DNA from: Burkholderiales bacterium
GTDB taxonomy: Bacteria > Pseudomonadota > Gammaproteobacteria > Burkholderiales > JBOIGA01
Length of the DNA stretch: 52,015 nt
Assembly (NCBI GenBank): GCA_050741875.1
Contig: JBOIGA010000001.1
Location: 1 to 52,015, forward strand
Direction of reading: 5' to 3'
Of the stretch, positions 1 to 11,130 are shown piece after piece. The first letter of the stretch is position 1. Each line of letters starts with the position of its first letter. The notes beneath the pieces are model-generated. The model was given only the letters and a program-made list of their open reading frames with translations. It was not told the DNA's origin and ran no database searches. The translations under genes were made by a program, and so were the position numbers.

Positions 1-1559
<1,559 letters not shown>

Positions 1560-1677
1560 TCAGGAACGATCTCACTTCTTTCGGTCTCCTCTGTCTTTTA
1601 CCCGTGCGCATTATATTCGATCGCAACACAACGTTTTTTCAATTCCCCGATTTTTCGGCGCGTATAATTTGTCAGTG

Positions 1678-3879
1678 ATGTCATTTCTTTCCGGGCTCAA
1701 TCCTGAGCAACTCAAAGCGGTCACGCTGCCGCGCGTTTCGGCATTGATCCTCGCGGGCGCGGGCTCGGGCAAAACGCGCGTGCTGACCACTCGAATCGCG
1801 TGGCTCATCCGCGAGGGACTCGCCAGTCCGCACGGGATTCTCGCGGTAACTTTCACCAATAAGGCGGCGCGCGAAATGCTGGCGCGGGTTTCGGCGATGC
1901 TTCCGCTCGATCCGCGCGGAATGTGGATCGGGACTTTCCACGGACTTTCGCACCGGCTTTTGCGCGCGCATCAGCGCGAAGCCAATCTGCCGCGCGAATT
2001 TCAGATCCTCGATTCGGCCGATCAGCAGTCGTTGTTGAAGCGCGTGATGAAAGGCTTGAATGTGGACGATGAGAAGTTCCCGCCGCGGCAAGTCGCTTAC
2101 TACATCAACGCCAACAAAGAGTCTGGACTCCGGGCGTCGAAGGTTGAGACCACCGACTATGTCTCGCGCCGAATGAACGAAATCTACGCGGCTTACGACG
2201 AGCAATGTCAGCGCGAAGGCTCGGTGGATTTCGCCGAGTTGCTGCTGAGGACCTATGAACTGCTCGAGTCGAACGCCTCCTTGCGCGAGCATTATCGCAG
2301 CCGCTTCGGCTACATTCTCGTGGACGAATTCCAGGACACGAATCTGTTGCAATACCAATGGCTCAAGCTCATGGCGGGACCGGACAATTCGGTTTTCGCG
2401 GTGGGCGACGACGACCAGTCGATCTACGCTTTTCGCGGCGCCAACGTGCGCAACATGCAGAACTTCAGGCGCGACTTCGAAGTCGAGCACGTGATCAAGC
2501 TCGAACAGAACTACCGCTCGGAAGCGAACATTCTCGACGCCGCCAATGCGCTGATCGCGAACAACCGCGGCCGACTGGGAAAAAATCTGTGGACCGCTGC
2601 GCCTGGCGCCGAGCCGCTCAAGCTCACGCAGACGATGAACGATCTTGAGGAAGCCGACAGCGTCGTCGAACGCGTGCGCGATTTGAATCGAAGCGGAGTC
2701 AAGCTTGCCGATATCGCGGTTTTCTATCGTTCGAACGCGCAATCGCGGGTGCTCGAGCACGCGCTTTTTCGCGCCGGCGTTCCCTACCGGGTGTACGGCG
2801 GATTGCGCTTTTTCGAACGGCAGGAGATCAAGAACGCGCTCGGCTACCTGCGTCTCGTCGCCAATCCCGAGGACGACGGGGCGTTCTTGCGAGTCGTCAA
2901 TTTTCCGGCGCGCGGAATTGGAATTCGAACGCTCGATTTGCTCGGCGAATACGCCCGTCAAAACAAGACGAGCTTGTGGAAAGCGGCGCTGGCAAGGGCG
3001 GGGAGGGAATCAGGGACTATTCATCCCTCATCCCTCATCCCACATCCTTCAAGAGATGCTCATCCCTCATCCCTCATCCCTCATCCCTCAAAAGGCGTCG
3101 AGAGTTTCGTCGCACTGATCGAGAGCCTGCGCGCAACGTGCGCCACCCTGCCGCTTCCGGAAGCGATCGAGCACGTCATCCAGCAAAGCGGACTTAGAAG
3201 CCACTACGAAAGCGAGCGGGAAGGCAAGGACCGCGTCGCCAACCTCGACGAACTCGTGAGCGCGTCGCAGAGCTTCGTCGCCGAGCAGGACGCGTTGCAA
3301 CCCGAAAACATGCTCGCCGAATTTCTCGCGCACGCCGCGCTCGAAGCCGGCGACTACCAGGCCGCGGCCGGCGATGACGCTTTACAGTTGATGACGGTGC
3401 ACGCCGCCAAGGGCCTCGAATTTCATTCCGTCTTTATCACCGGGCTCGAAGAAGGACTGTTCCCGCACGAGAATAGTTTGAACGATCCCGATGGCGTCGA
3501 GGAAGAGCGGCGCTTGATGTATGTGGCGCTGACGCGCGGGAAAAAGCGTGTGTACTTGAGCTTCACCGCATCTCGCATGCTGCACGGCCACACGCGCTAC
3601 AACATTCCATCAAGATTCATTCGTGAGATTCCCGATAAACTGATCGTCCGCAACGCGCCGGTAACATTTACTCGTTGGGGAACGATGGAGGCAGCAGCGC
3701 CTTCGCCGCAAGCTGAAGGGCCTTTTGCTGTCGGACATTCCGTCGCGCACCCGAAGTTTGGACACGGCGTCATCGTCAATATGGAGGGACGCGGGCTTGA
3801 CGCGCGTGTGCAGGTCAATTTTCGCGAGGCCGGAGTGAAGTGGCTCGCCCTCGAATACGCGAGACTTACGCGGATTTAG
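1678..3879 (+). CDS. uvrD: UvrD/Rep-family ATP-dependent DNA helicase II
   Basis: ORF 1669..3879. Walker A AGAGSGKTRVL, DEFQDTN motif and the C-terminal VHAAKGLEF..YVALTRGKK helicase motifs are present. ATG at 1678 (MSFLSGLNPEQ) is preferred over the TTG at 1669. Confidence 0.9.
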   Translation: MSFLSGLNPEQLKAVTLPRVSALILAGAGSGKTRVLTTRIAWLIREGLASPHGILAVTFTNKAAREMLARVSAMLPLDPRGMWIGTFHGLSHRLLRAHQREANLPREFQILDSADQQSLLKRVMKGLNVDDEKFPPRQVAYYINANKESGLRASKVETTDYVSRRMNEIYAAYDEQCQREGSVDFAELLLRTYELLESNASLREHYRSRFGYILVDEFQDTNLLQYQWLKLMAGPDNSVFAVGDDDQSIYAFRGANVRNMQNFRRDFEVEHVIKLEQNYRSEANILDAANALIANNRGRLGKNLWTAAPGAEPLKLTQTMNDLEEADSVVERVRDLNRSGVKLADIAVFYRSNAQSRVLEHALFRAGVPYRVYGGLRFFERQEIKNALGYLRLVANPEDDGAFLRVVNFPARGIGIRTLDLLGEYARQNKTSLWKAALARAGRESGTIHPSSLIPHPSRDAHPSSLIPHPSKGVESFVALIESLRATCATLPLPEAIEHVIQQSGLRSHYESEREGKDRVANLDELVSASQSFVAEQDALQPENMLAEFLAHAALEAGDYQAAAGDDALQLMTVHAAKGLEFHSVFITGLEEGLFPHENSLNDPDGVEEERRLMYVALTRGKKRVYLSFTASRMLHGHTRYNIPSRFIREIPDKLIVRNAPVTFTRWGTMEAAAPSPQAEGPFAVGHSVAHPKFGHGVIVNMEGRGLDARVQVNFREAGVKWLALEYARLTRI
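3021..3090. repeat. two blocks of heptanucleotide repeats (TCATCCC x3 and x4) inside the uvrD reading frame
   Basis: Direct reading: tcatccctcatccctcatccc..(18 nt)..ctcatccctcatccctcatccctcatccctc. Translated in frame as HPSSLIPHPSRDAHPSSLIPHPS. Confidence 0.85.
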
Positions 3880-4576
3880 GTTCGAAAATATCCAAGTAAC
3901 TTTCGTAGACCGAAGTAACGATGACGGGAATCAAAACCAGAAATCCCAACATGAAGGGAATCGCCGCGATAAACGCCAGGACAAGAAGAATCGCGCCGTA
4001 GACCAGGAAGGGAACGAAGTTGGTGAGGCAGGCGTAAAAACTCGCGGCGACCGAATTCAAAGGCGATTGCTCGCCGAGATAAACCAGAATCGGCGCGAAC
4101 CACAGCGCCATCATGAACGGAACCGAAAGCGCCGCCCCGACGAGAAGCGGCAGCAACAACACCTCCATCACGCGCTGCGGGTCCAGTTCTTCGGCGCTGG
4201 TCTCGAACAGCGAATACATTTCCTCGCCGCCGGCGAACAGCATCGCACCCATGATCAATACCTGCCCAATCGCATAAATTCCCCCGAGCGTGACGAGCGG
4301 AACCGGGTTCTTGCGGAAGCCGGCGAAAAGGTGGGCGATTTCCAGCTCGCCTCCGGCTGAGAGCGCGCGGCAACCTTCGATGAGCCCAGCCAAAAACACA
4401 GGTGAGAGCAAATAAAAAAGGAGCTGCCCGACCACGCCGATAGCGGATAAGGCCAATCCCACGCAGAAAAGAATGAGGGTGAGCGCGACCCAGATGATCG
4501 GATTTTTCTTAAAGAGCGCGAAACCCTCGTTGATCCAGCGAAAGCCGTACTCGGCGGGATAGGCGCGCATCTGCAT
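3866..4576 (-). CDS. polytopic inner-membrane protein (possibly BPSS1780-like family; family assignment tentative)
   Basis: 236-aa ORF with several long hydrophobic segments (IIWVALTLILFCVGLALSAIGVV, LLPLLVGAALSVPFMMALWFAPILV, FVPFLVYGAILLVLAFIAAIPFMLGFLVLIPVIV). Its 3' end overlaps the convergent uvrD by 14 nt. Confidence 0.55.
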   Translation of the reverse strand: MQMRAYPAEYGFRWINEGFALFKKNPIIWVALTLILFCVGLALSAIGVVGQLLFYLLSPVFLAGLIEGCRALSAGGELEIAHLFAGFRKNPVPLVTLGGIYAIGQVLIMGAMLFAGGEEMYSLFETSAEELDPQRVMEVLLLPLLVGAALSVPFMMALWFAPILVYLGEQSPLNSVAASFYACLTNFVPFLVYGAILLVLAFIAAIPFMLGFLVLIPVIVTSVYESYLDIFEPKSA

Positions 4577-5532
4577 CAGAGATGAGCGAAGAGGTCTCTC
4601 GCCCGAGCTTCGCCGCGCAAGTGATTTTGCAAAATGCGCTTGAAATGCTCGGGATTTTTGGCGTGCGTCAGTTCGCCTGGACGGGGCAGATGAAAATCGT
4701 AGAGACGCGATACCCAGAAGCGCAAGGCGCCGGCGCGCAGCATCACTGGAAGAGCTTCCGCTTCAACTTCGTTGAATTCTCGCACCGCATGGTATGCCGA
4801 GAGAAGGTGCGCCGCGTGCACTTCGTTAATGCGGCCTTCTTCATTCAGGCACCAATCGTTGATCGTGATCGCGACATCGTACAAAAGCACGTCGCTGCAG
4901 GCGAAATAAAAATCGATGACGCCGCCGACCCTGCCCTCCGCGAACAAGATATTGTCGCGAAAAAGATCGGCGTGAATAACGCCGCGCGCGAGTTCGTCGA
5001 AGCGGTGGCTGCTCTGAAAATGGATCTCGGCTTCGAGCATCGTTAAATCCTCGCGGTTGAGGAAAGGCGCAATTTCGGGCGCCGCCGCGTGCCACCATTT
5101 GGGGCCGCGTGGATTCGGCATGCTAAGCGCGAAGCTCGAACCAGCGAGATGCATGTCGGCGAGCAGCGCGCCGACCTCCGCGCAGTCGTCCGGCGTCGGC
5201 TGCGTCACGGAATGTCCCGGCAGGCAAGTGACCACGCTCGCCGGTTTGCCGTTGAGCTCGCCGAGATAATCGTTTTGCAGGTTGGCGATCGGAGTAGGAC
5301 ACGGGATGCCGTGCGACGACAGATGCGCCATCAGCTCGAGATAAAAAGGCAGCTCGGCGGCTTTGAGCTTTTCGAACAGCGTAAGGACGAAGCGTCCGTG
5401 CGAAGTGGTGACAAAGTAATTGGTGTTCTCGATTCCCGAAGCGATTCCTTCGAGATCCGTCAGCGCGCCGATCGAGTAGTTCTTCAGCCAGCGGCTCAAC
5501 TCGTTTTTCGAAACTTTGGTGAAAACGGACAT
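4576..5532 (-). CDS. thrB: homoserine kinase (ThrB, aminoglycoside-phosphotransferase-like type)
   Basis: 318 aa. N-terminus MSVFTKVSKNELSRWLKNYSIGALTDLEGIASGIENTNYFV and the HADLFRDNILF catalytic loop are typical of the Pseudomonas/Betaproteobacteria-type ThrB. Confidence 0.85.
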   Translation of the reverse strand: MSVFTKVSKNELSRWLKNYSIGALTDLEGIASGIENTNYFVTTSHGRFVLTLFEKLKAAELPFYLELMAHLSSHGIPCPTPIANLQNDYLGELNGKPASVVTCLPGHSVTQPTPDDCAEVGALLADMHLAGSSFALSMPNPRGPKWWHAAAPEIAPFLNREDLTMLEAEIHFQSSHRFDELARGVIHADLFRDNILFAEGRVGGVIDFYFACSDVLLYDVAITINDWCLNEEGRINEVHAAHLLSAYHAVREFNEVEAEALPVMLRAGALRFWVSRLYDFHLPRPGELTHAKNPEHFKRILQNHLRGEARARDLFAHL

Positions 5533-5556
5533 GCCGCCTGGGGATTACATCAATCG

Positions 5557-5901
5557 CTAGAACTCATGAATCACCCACAGGGGAACCTGGATGCTCTCGC
5601 CCGGGCCGTCGTAGCGCGAAAAATTTCCGTCGCCTTTGACGTCAATCAGATGGTAAGGCACGCCGTGCTTCGGAGTGATCCTGATCGCGTAAAGCCTGCC
5701 CGCGATGCGGTATTCCTCGATCTTTTCACCGCCGCGTTCGCGTATGGTGATTTCCGGCTCGAGCGAAGGATCGTCGAAAGGCAAACTCGGCGAAGGCGAT
5801 GGGACGGCGGATTCCGGCAGCGGTTCGAGATTGTCGGGCGTCTTCTGCGCAAAAGCGATGTTGAGCGTTAGCGCGAGCGCGAACAAGAGTTTTCGCATCA
5901 A
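5557..5901 (-). CDS. DUF2782-like secreted protein
   Basis: 114 aa with a signal peptide (MMRKLLFALALTLNIAFA). The motif ITIRERGGEKIEEYRIAGRLYAIRITPKHGVPYHLID and the position between thrB and polA match what is commonly seen for DUF2782. Confidence 0.65.
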   Translation of the reverse strand: MMRKLLFALALTLNIAFAQKTPDNLEPLPESAVPSPSPSLPFDDPSLEPEITIRERGGEKIEEYRIAGRLYAIRITPKHGVPYHLIDVKGDGNFSRYDGPGESIQVPLWVIHEF

Positions 5902-5915
5902 GCTTCGACCGCGCG

Positions 5916-6644
5916 CTACAGATTAAGTTGAATCTCGCGCTCCTGCACCGAAGGCTCGAAGCCGCGCTGCTCGTAGTGTTGGAAAATCGCGTCGACCACC
6001 TCTTTCGGCTCGTCTATCACCTTGATCAAGTCGAGATCTTCCGCGCCGATCATGCCTTCGCTCACGAGCGTTTCACGCAGCCAGGTCAGCATGCCCCGCC
6101 AGAAAGGTTCGTGGACGAGGATGATTGGGATGCGCCTGATCTTTTCCGTCTGCACGAGCGTCAACGCTTCGGTCAATTCGTCGAGGGTGCCAAAACCGCC
6201 CGGCATGACGACGTAAGCCAAAGCGAATTTGACGAACATGACTTTGCGCGCAAAAAAATGGCGGAATGTCTGGCTGATGTCCTGATACGGATTGCCGTGC
6301 TGTTCATTGGGGATCTGGATGTTCAAGCCCACGCTCGGCGATTTGCCGAAGAAAGCGCCTTTGTTCGCCGCTTCCATCGTTCCCGGTCCGCCGCCGGAAA
6401 TGACCGAGAAACCCGCGTCCGAAAGGCTGCGCGCGATGCGTTCGGTCAAAACAAAATACGGATGGCCGCGAGGAACTTTCGAGCTGCCAAAAATTGAAAC
6501 CGCGGGACGAATTCCAGAGAGACGCTCGGTCGCCTCGACGAATTCTGACATAATCCCGAACACGCGCCACGATTCCCGCGCCGACCAGGCCTTGTCCAAG
6601 AGTTCGGGCGCGATCGGCTGCGGCAGCTTGTCTTTTGCGCTCAT
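5916..6644 (-). CDS. LOG family / TIGR00730 Rossmann-fold nucleotide-binding protein (cytokinin riboside 5'-monophosphate phosphoribohydrolase-like)
   Basis: Motifs GGGPGTMEA and PGGFGTLDE. Start is placed at the internal ATG 6644 (MSAKDKL), preceded by AAGGGGA, rather than at 6713, which would overlap polA. Confidence 0.8.
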   Translation of the reverse strand: MSAKDKLPQPIAPELLDKAWSARESWRVFGIMSEFVEATERLSGIRPAVSIFGSSKVPRGHPYFVLTERIARSLSDAGFSVISGGGPGTMEAANKGAFFGKSPSVGLNIQIPNEQHGNPYQDISQTFRHFFARKVMFVKFALAYVVMPGGFGTLDELTEALTLVQTEKIRRIPIILVHEPFWRGMLTWLRETLVSEGMIGAEDLDLIKVIDEPKEVVDAIFQHYEQRGFEPSVQEREIQLNL

Positions 6645-6656
6645 GAGTGATTCCCC

Positions 6657-9335
6657 TTGATGAAAACGCTGTTGCTGGTTGACGGTTCGTCTTATTTGTA
6701 TCGCGCGTTTCACGCGCTGCCGGACTTGCGCAATCGGCTGAACGAACCGACCGGAGCGATCTACGGCGTTTTGAATATGCTACGCCGGCTGCACAAGGAT
6801 TACGCGGCGGATTATAGCGCGTGCGTTTTTGACGCAAAAGGCAAGACCTTTCGCGACGACCTTTACCCTGCGTACAAGGCCCATCGGCCGGCCATGCCCG
6901 AAGATCTCGCCGCGCAGATCGAGCCCTTGTGCGAAGCGATTCGCGCCCTCGGCTGGCCGCTGCTCATCGTCGATGGCGTCGAAGCTGACGACGTTATTTG
7001 CACGCTCGCAAACCGCGCATCGCACGAAGGCATGAAGTGCGTCGTCTCAACTGGCGACAAAGACATCGCCCAGCTCGTCAATTCGCGCGTCACTCTCGTC
7101 AATACCATGACCAACGAAACGCTCGACGAAGCGGGAGTCGTGAAAAAGTTCGGCGTCGCTCCTTCCCAGCTTCTCGATTATCTGACCTTGATCGGCGATT
7201 CGGTGGACAACGTTCCCGGGGTGGAAAAAGTCGGGCCCAAAACCGCGGCCAAGTGGATCGCGCAGTACGGCTCACTCGATGAACTCATTTCTCATGCCGA
7301 TGAAATCAGCGGCATCGTGGGCGAGAATTTGCGCAAAGCGCGCGAGTGGCTGCCGCACGCCCGCGAAGTGCTCAAAGTGAAATGCGATGTCGGGCTGCCA
7401 GTGACGTTCGAAGACCTCAAACTCCAGGCGCGCGATACCGCGAAACTCGAAAGTTTGTTCGAGCGGTTCGAATTCAAAAGCTGGCGCCAAGAGCTGCACA
7501 GCGAATCACAAAATAGCGTTGAGGTAGCGGCGGTCGCTTCCGTCAAAGCCGAGATCATCGTCTCCGAAACTCAGCTCAACGAATGGCTTGCGACAATGCA
7601 AGCCGCCGATTTAGTTTCGCTCAAAGCCGAAACGATCGGCGCGAACGCTGTGAGCGCAAAGCTTGTCGGCGTCGCCATCGCCACCGGCGACGGCGCGGCT
7701 TACGTTCCCGTCGCACACAGTTACGCCGGGGCGCCCGCGCAGCTTTCGTGCGGCACGGCTTTGCAGTGTTTGCGGCCGTGGCTCCAAGATCCGGCGAGAA
7801 AAAAAATTGGCCACAACCTCAAGTATGACAAACACGTTTTGGCCAATCACGGCATAACGCTAGTCGGAATCGCTGACGACATCCAGCTTGAGTCGTATGT
7901 TCTCGAGAGCCACGCGAGTAATTCACTGAAAGAGCTGGCAAGGCGCCACTTGCGCACCGATGCGACCGCGCTCGAAGACATCGCCGGCAAAGGCGTAGCG
8001 CAGGTCGGCTTCGATCAAGTCGCGATCGAGCGGGCGGCGGAATACTCGGCGCAATGCGCCACGCTCGCGCTCAAATTGCATCACGAGCTGCGGCCGAAAA
8101 TCGAGAACAACGCCGGTCTTGAATTCGTCTACGAGCAGATCGAGATGCCGCTCATCGAAGTTCTGTTCCGCATGGAACGTAACGGCGTTCTCATCGATGC
8201 CGCCAAACTTTCCGAACAAAGCCGCGAGCTTGCCGAGCAAATAAGAGAGTTGCAGGAGCGCGCTTTCGCCGAAGCAGGCGTGCCTTTCAATCTCGGATCG
8301 CCGAAACAAATCCAGGAGATCCTTTTCGATAAGCTTGGGCTTCCCGTTCTCAAAAAAACGCCGAGCGGAGTTCCCTCGACCGATGAAGATGTCCTGCAAA
8401 GGCTCGCGCTCGATCATCGCTTGCCGAAGATTCTGCTCGAGCATCGCGCCGTATCCAAACTCAAGAACACGTACACCGATAAATTGCCACAGATGGTGGC
8501 CGCCCAGTCGGGACGGATTCACACCAATTATTCTCAAGCCGTGGCCGTCACCGGGCGGCTCGCGTCACTCGAACCCAATTTGCAAAACATTCCCATCCGT
8601 ACCGCCGAAGGGCGCAAGATTCGCGAAGCGTTTATCGCCCCGCCTGGCTCGCACATCGTCTCCGCCGACTATTCGCAGATCGAACTGCGGATCATGGCGC
8701 ATCTATCGCAGGACGAAAATCTCCTGCGTGCGTTCGCCGCCGGCGACGACATCCATCGCGCCACCGCTGCTGAAGTTTTTGGCCTCGCACCCGAGGAAGT
8801 GAGCGCCGAGCAGCGCCGCCAGGTCAAGGCAATCAACTTCGGTTTGATTTACGGCATGTCGGCTTTCGGCTTGTCGCGCGAGTTGGGCCTCGAGCGCGCG
8901 GCCGCGCAGCATTACATGCAGCGTTACTTCGCGCGCTATCCAGGGGTGGCGAAGTACATGGAGCGCACGCGCGAAACGGCGCGAGCGCAAGGATATGTGG
9001 AAACCGTTTTCGGCCGCTGCCTCTGGCTGCCTGAAATCAAATCGTCAAACAATCTGCGGCGGCAAGCCGCTGAACGTGCAGCGATCAACGCGCCGATGCA
9101 AGGCACCGCGGCCGACTTGATCAAGCTCGCGATGATCGCGATCGATCGCTTTCTGTCCGACAAGCAATCCCAGCTCATTATGCAAGTGCACGATGAACTG
9201 GTGCTCGAAGTTCCCGATTCAGAGCTCGATCTGATTCAGCGCGAACTTCCGCGCCTCATGAGTGAAGTCGCGATTCTCGATGTGCCCATCGTCGTCGCCT
9301 TGGGCACCGGCAAGAATTGGGACAAAGCTCATTAA
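6657..9335 (+). CDS. polA: DNA polymerase I
   Basis: 892 aa. 5'-nuclease N-terminus (LLLVDGSSYLYRAFHA), 3'-5' exonuclease region, and polymerase motifs DYSQIELRIMAH, RRQVKAINFGLIYGMS and QVHDELVLE. Confidence 0.95.
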   Translation: MMKTLLLVDGSSYLYRAFHALPDLRNRLNEPTGAIYGVLNMLRRLHKDYAADYSACVFDAKGKTFRDDLYPAYKAHRPAMPEDLAAQIEPLCEAIRALGWPLLIVDGVEADDVICTLANRASHEGMKCVVSTGDKDIAQLVNSRVTLVNTMTNETLDEAGVVKKFGVAPSQLLDYLTLIGDSVDNVPGVEKVGPKTAAKWIAQYGSLDELISHADEISGIVGENLRKAREWLPHAREVLKVKCDVGLPVTFEDLKLQARDTAKLESLFERFEFKSWRQELHSESQNSVEVAAVASVKAEIIVSETQLNEWLATMQAADLVSLKAETIGANAVSAKLVGVAIATGDGAAYVPVAHSYAGAPAQLSCGTALQCLRPWLQDPARKKIGHNLKYDKHVLANHGITLVGIADDIQLESYVLESHASNSLKELARRHLRTDATALEDIAGKGVAQVGFDQVAIERAAEYSAQCATLALKLHHELRPKIENNAGLEFVYEQIEMPLIEVLFRMERNGVLIDAAKLSEQSRELAEQIRELQERAFAEAGVPFNLGSPKQIQEILFDKLGLPVLKKTPSGVPSTDEDVLQRLALDHRLPKILLEHRAVSKLKNTYTDKLPQMVAAQSGRIHTNYSQAVAVTGRLASLEPNLQNIPIRTAEGRKIREAFIAPPGSHIVSADYSQIELRIMAHLSQDENLLRAFAAGDDIHRATAAEVFGLAPEEVSAEQRRQVKAINFGLIYGMSAFGLSRELGLERAAAQHYMQRYFARYPGVAKYMERTRETARAQGYVETVFGRCLWLPEIKSSNNLRRQAAERAAINAPMQGTAADLIKLAMIAIDRFLSDKQSQLIMQVHDELVLEVPDSELDLIQRELPRLMSEVAILDVPIVVALGTGKNWDKAH

Positions 9336-9376
9336 AAAAGCAAAAAAAGCATTCATAAAAAAGTAATAACTTTCAA

Positions 9377-9405
9377 TTGACAGGCTATCTTTATTCAAGT
9401 ATGTT
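9377..9405 (+). promoter_or_regulatory. near-consensus sigma70 promoter (TTGACA-17 nt-TATGTT) in an AT-rich spacer
   Basis: ttgaca at 9377-9382, a 17-nt spacer, tatgtt at 9400-9405. Lies about 65 nt upstream of the ATG at 9470, which has a GGAGAGGAGA Shine-Dalgarno sequence. Confidence 0.5.
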
Positions 9406-9469
9406 GTGAAAAGCGTAGGAATGCAAAAACTTCCGGCGCTCCGAAATCCCTACCCTGCGGAGAGGAGAC

Positions 9470-9958
9470 ATGGCTGGCCAGATTAAGAAACTGATTGACA
9501 ACGTGGTGCAGGCGCGAAGCAAAGGCAATATCGCTCTCGCCACGATCACGCGTGCGAAGCTCGCTTTGAAGGGAATCAATCCAGACAAGTACACCGATAA
9601 CTCGCCCGATGATGCAGCAATAATTTCGAAGCTGCAGAGCATCGCTGATGACTTCAATGTGCGTCTGGGAGCGGCTGCCAACGATGCCGCCGCCGCGCGC
9701 CCTGAGCGAACGGTGGACGCGAGGGAAGCGCCGCGAATAGGCGCAAACGTCGAATCGAGGATGTCCGAGCTGCGGCACAAATATGCACAAAGAGAGCACC
9801 CCGCTGAACGCTTGGGCAGCAGGTTCAGTGACCTGGCCGGGACCAGTTACCAACGCAACAATCTGATCGAAGAGGAGAATCAGCGTTTAAGAAGCGCGGT
9901 TGCCGATCTCCAGATCGAGATTCAAATGCTCAAGGAAATACTGGCAAGACGGCCTTAA
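9470..9958 (+). CDS. hypothetical protein with C-terminal coiled-coil/leucine-zipper-like segment
   Basis: 162-aa ORF with a strong RBS. C-terminus is NLIEEENQRLRSAVADLQIEIQMLKEIL. I recognise no family. Confidence 0.5.
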   Translation: MAGQIKKLIDNVVQARSKGNIALATITRAKLALKGINPDKYTDNSPDDAAIISKLQSIADDFNVRLGAAANDAAAARPERTVDAREAPRIGANVESRMSELRHKYAQREHPAERLGSRFSDLAGTSYQRNNLIEEENQRLRSAVADLQIEIQMLKEILARRP

Positions 9959-10004
9959 AGCCTGCTTCGAATTACAACTTTTATTTTGGTTAGAGGGTAA
10001 AAGT

Positions 10005-11111
10005 ATGCGCGCCCAGATTGCTAAATCATCCAACTCTTCGATTGACGCCGCGATCGCGGAATTGAAGACGACGCTCGGCAAGGGGCCGTGGCGCTCGGTC
10101 CTGTATTTCGCTTCGGTCGTCTACGACCAATACGCCTTGGCCGCCAAGATGCAGGAAGCATTCTCTCCCGCCGACACGTTCGGCTGCTCGAGCTGTGGCG
10201 AAATCATCAGCGGTCACGTTACGAAGAAATCCATCGTCGCCATGGCATTCGGCGAAGAAGACATTTCCGACCTCAACATCCAGATGGTCGAAAACGCCAA
10301 CTCCGAGGCGAGCGTGAAGAAAGCCTTCGGCAATTTCGAACGCTATTTTGGCGTTCGCATGCAGGACATGGACCATCAAAAACACGTCGGGCTCATCCTG
10401 GTTGACGGAATGAGCGGTTCGGAAGAAGGGCTCATGGACCGCATCGGCAACTGGACCAACGTCACTTTCATCGGCGGTTCAGCCGGAGACGATCTCAAGT
10501 TCCAAAAAACCTGGGTTTACGCCAACGGCCGCGCGGCGAGTGGCGCCGCGGTGCTGGTCATCATAAAACCCGTGCGGGGATTCGACATCATCAAGACCCA
10601 AAGCTTCTGCGAAGGCAACCGCAAACTCATCGCCACCAAAGTGGACGAAGCGAATCGCGCCGTGGTCGAGTTCAACGGCCAAAACGCGGTAAAAGTCTAT
10701 GCCGCCGCGGTGAATACGACTCCGGACAAGGCTGGCAATCACTTCATGAGCCATCCGATCGGTCTGATGGTGAATTCGGAGCCGTATGTGCGCAGCCCAC
10801 AGCGAGTCGTTGACGGTAAGCTCGCTTTCTACTGCGCGGTCAAGGAAGGAATGGAATTATCGGTGCTGGAATCCACCAACATCATCGAGGACACCAGGAA
10901 CGCCATCAAGCAAAAGCTGCGCGAGCACGGCGGCGGTTCGGCGCTCATCAACTTCAACTGCATCCTGCGCACGCTCGAGATGGAGCAGAAGGGCCAGACC
11001 GAGGCGTACGGCAAATTGTTCGCCGAGATTCCCACGATTGGCTTTTCCACCTACGGCGAAGAATACATCGGTCACATCAATCAAACAGCGACGATGCTGC
11101 TGCTCATATAA
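10005..11111 (+). CDS. FIST-domain (FIST_N/FIST_C) sensory protein without an output domain
   Basis: Start at ATG 10005 (MRAQIAKSS, GAGGG RBS) within ORF 9900..11111. The ~370-aa length and motifs such as GCSSCGEI, FIGGSAGDDL and GFSTYGEE fit the FIST architecture. Confidence 0.65.
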   Translation: MRAQIAKSSNSSIDAAIAELKTTLGKGPWRSVLYFASVVYDQYALAAKMQEAFSPADTFGCSSCGEIISGHVTKKSIVAMAFGEEDISDLNIQMVENANSEASVKKAFGNFERYFGVRMQDMDHQKHVGLILVDGMSGSEEGLMDRIGNWTNVTFIGGSAGDDLKFQKTWVYANGRAASGAAVLVIIKPVRGFDIIKTQSFCEGNRKLIATKVDEANRAVVEFNGQNAVKVYAAAVNTTPDKAGNHFMSHPIGLMVNSEPYVRSPQRVVDGKLAFYCAVKEGMELSVLESTNIIEDTRNAIKQKLREHGGGSALINFNCILRTLEMEQKGQTEAYGKLFAEIPTIGFSTYGEEYIGHINQTATMLLLI

Positions 11112-11130
11112 AGGGGAGCGGAGGTCAGAA

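Noticed and set aside
1663-1668. Perfect TATAAT hexamer just upstream of uvrD, and a CTGT-N8 motif at ~1590 that could be a LexA box
   Set aside because: The TATAAT lies only 9 nt from the ATG at 1678, with no room for a leader plus RBS. The CTGT is followed by CGTG rather than ACAG, so it does not match the CTGT-N8-ACAG SOS box.
6644-6713. Longer start (6713) for the LOG-family gene, overlapping polA by 57 nt
   Set aside because: The extension (MKRAIQIRRTVNQQQRFHQGESL) has no RBS and no homology logic. The internal ATG at 6644 has an AAGGGGA Shine-Dalgarno sequence, and homology begins right after it.
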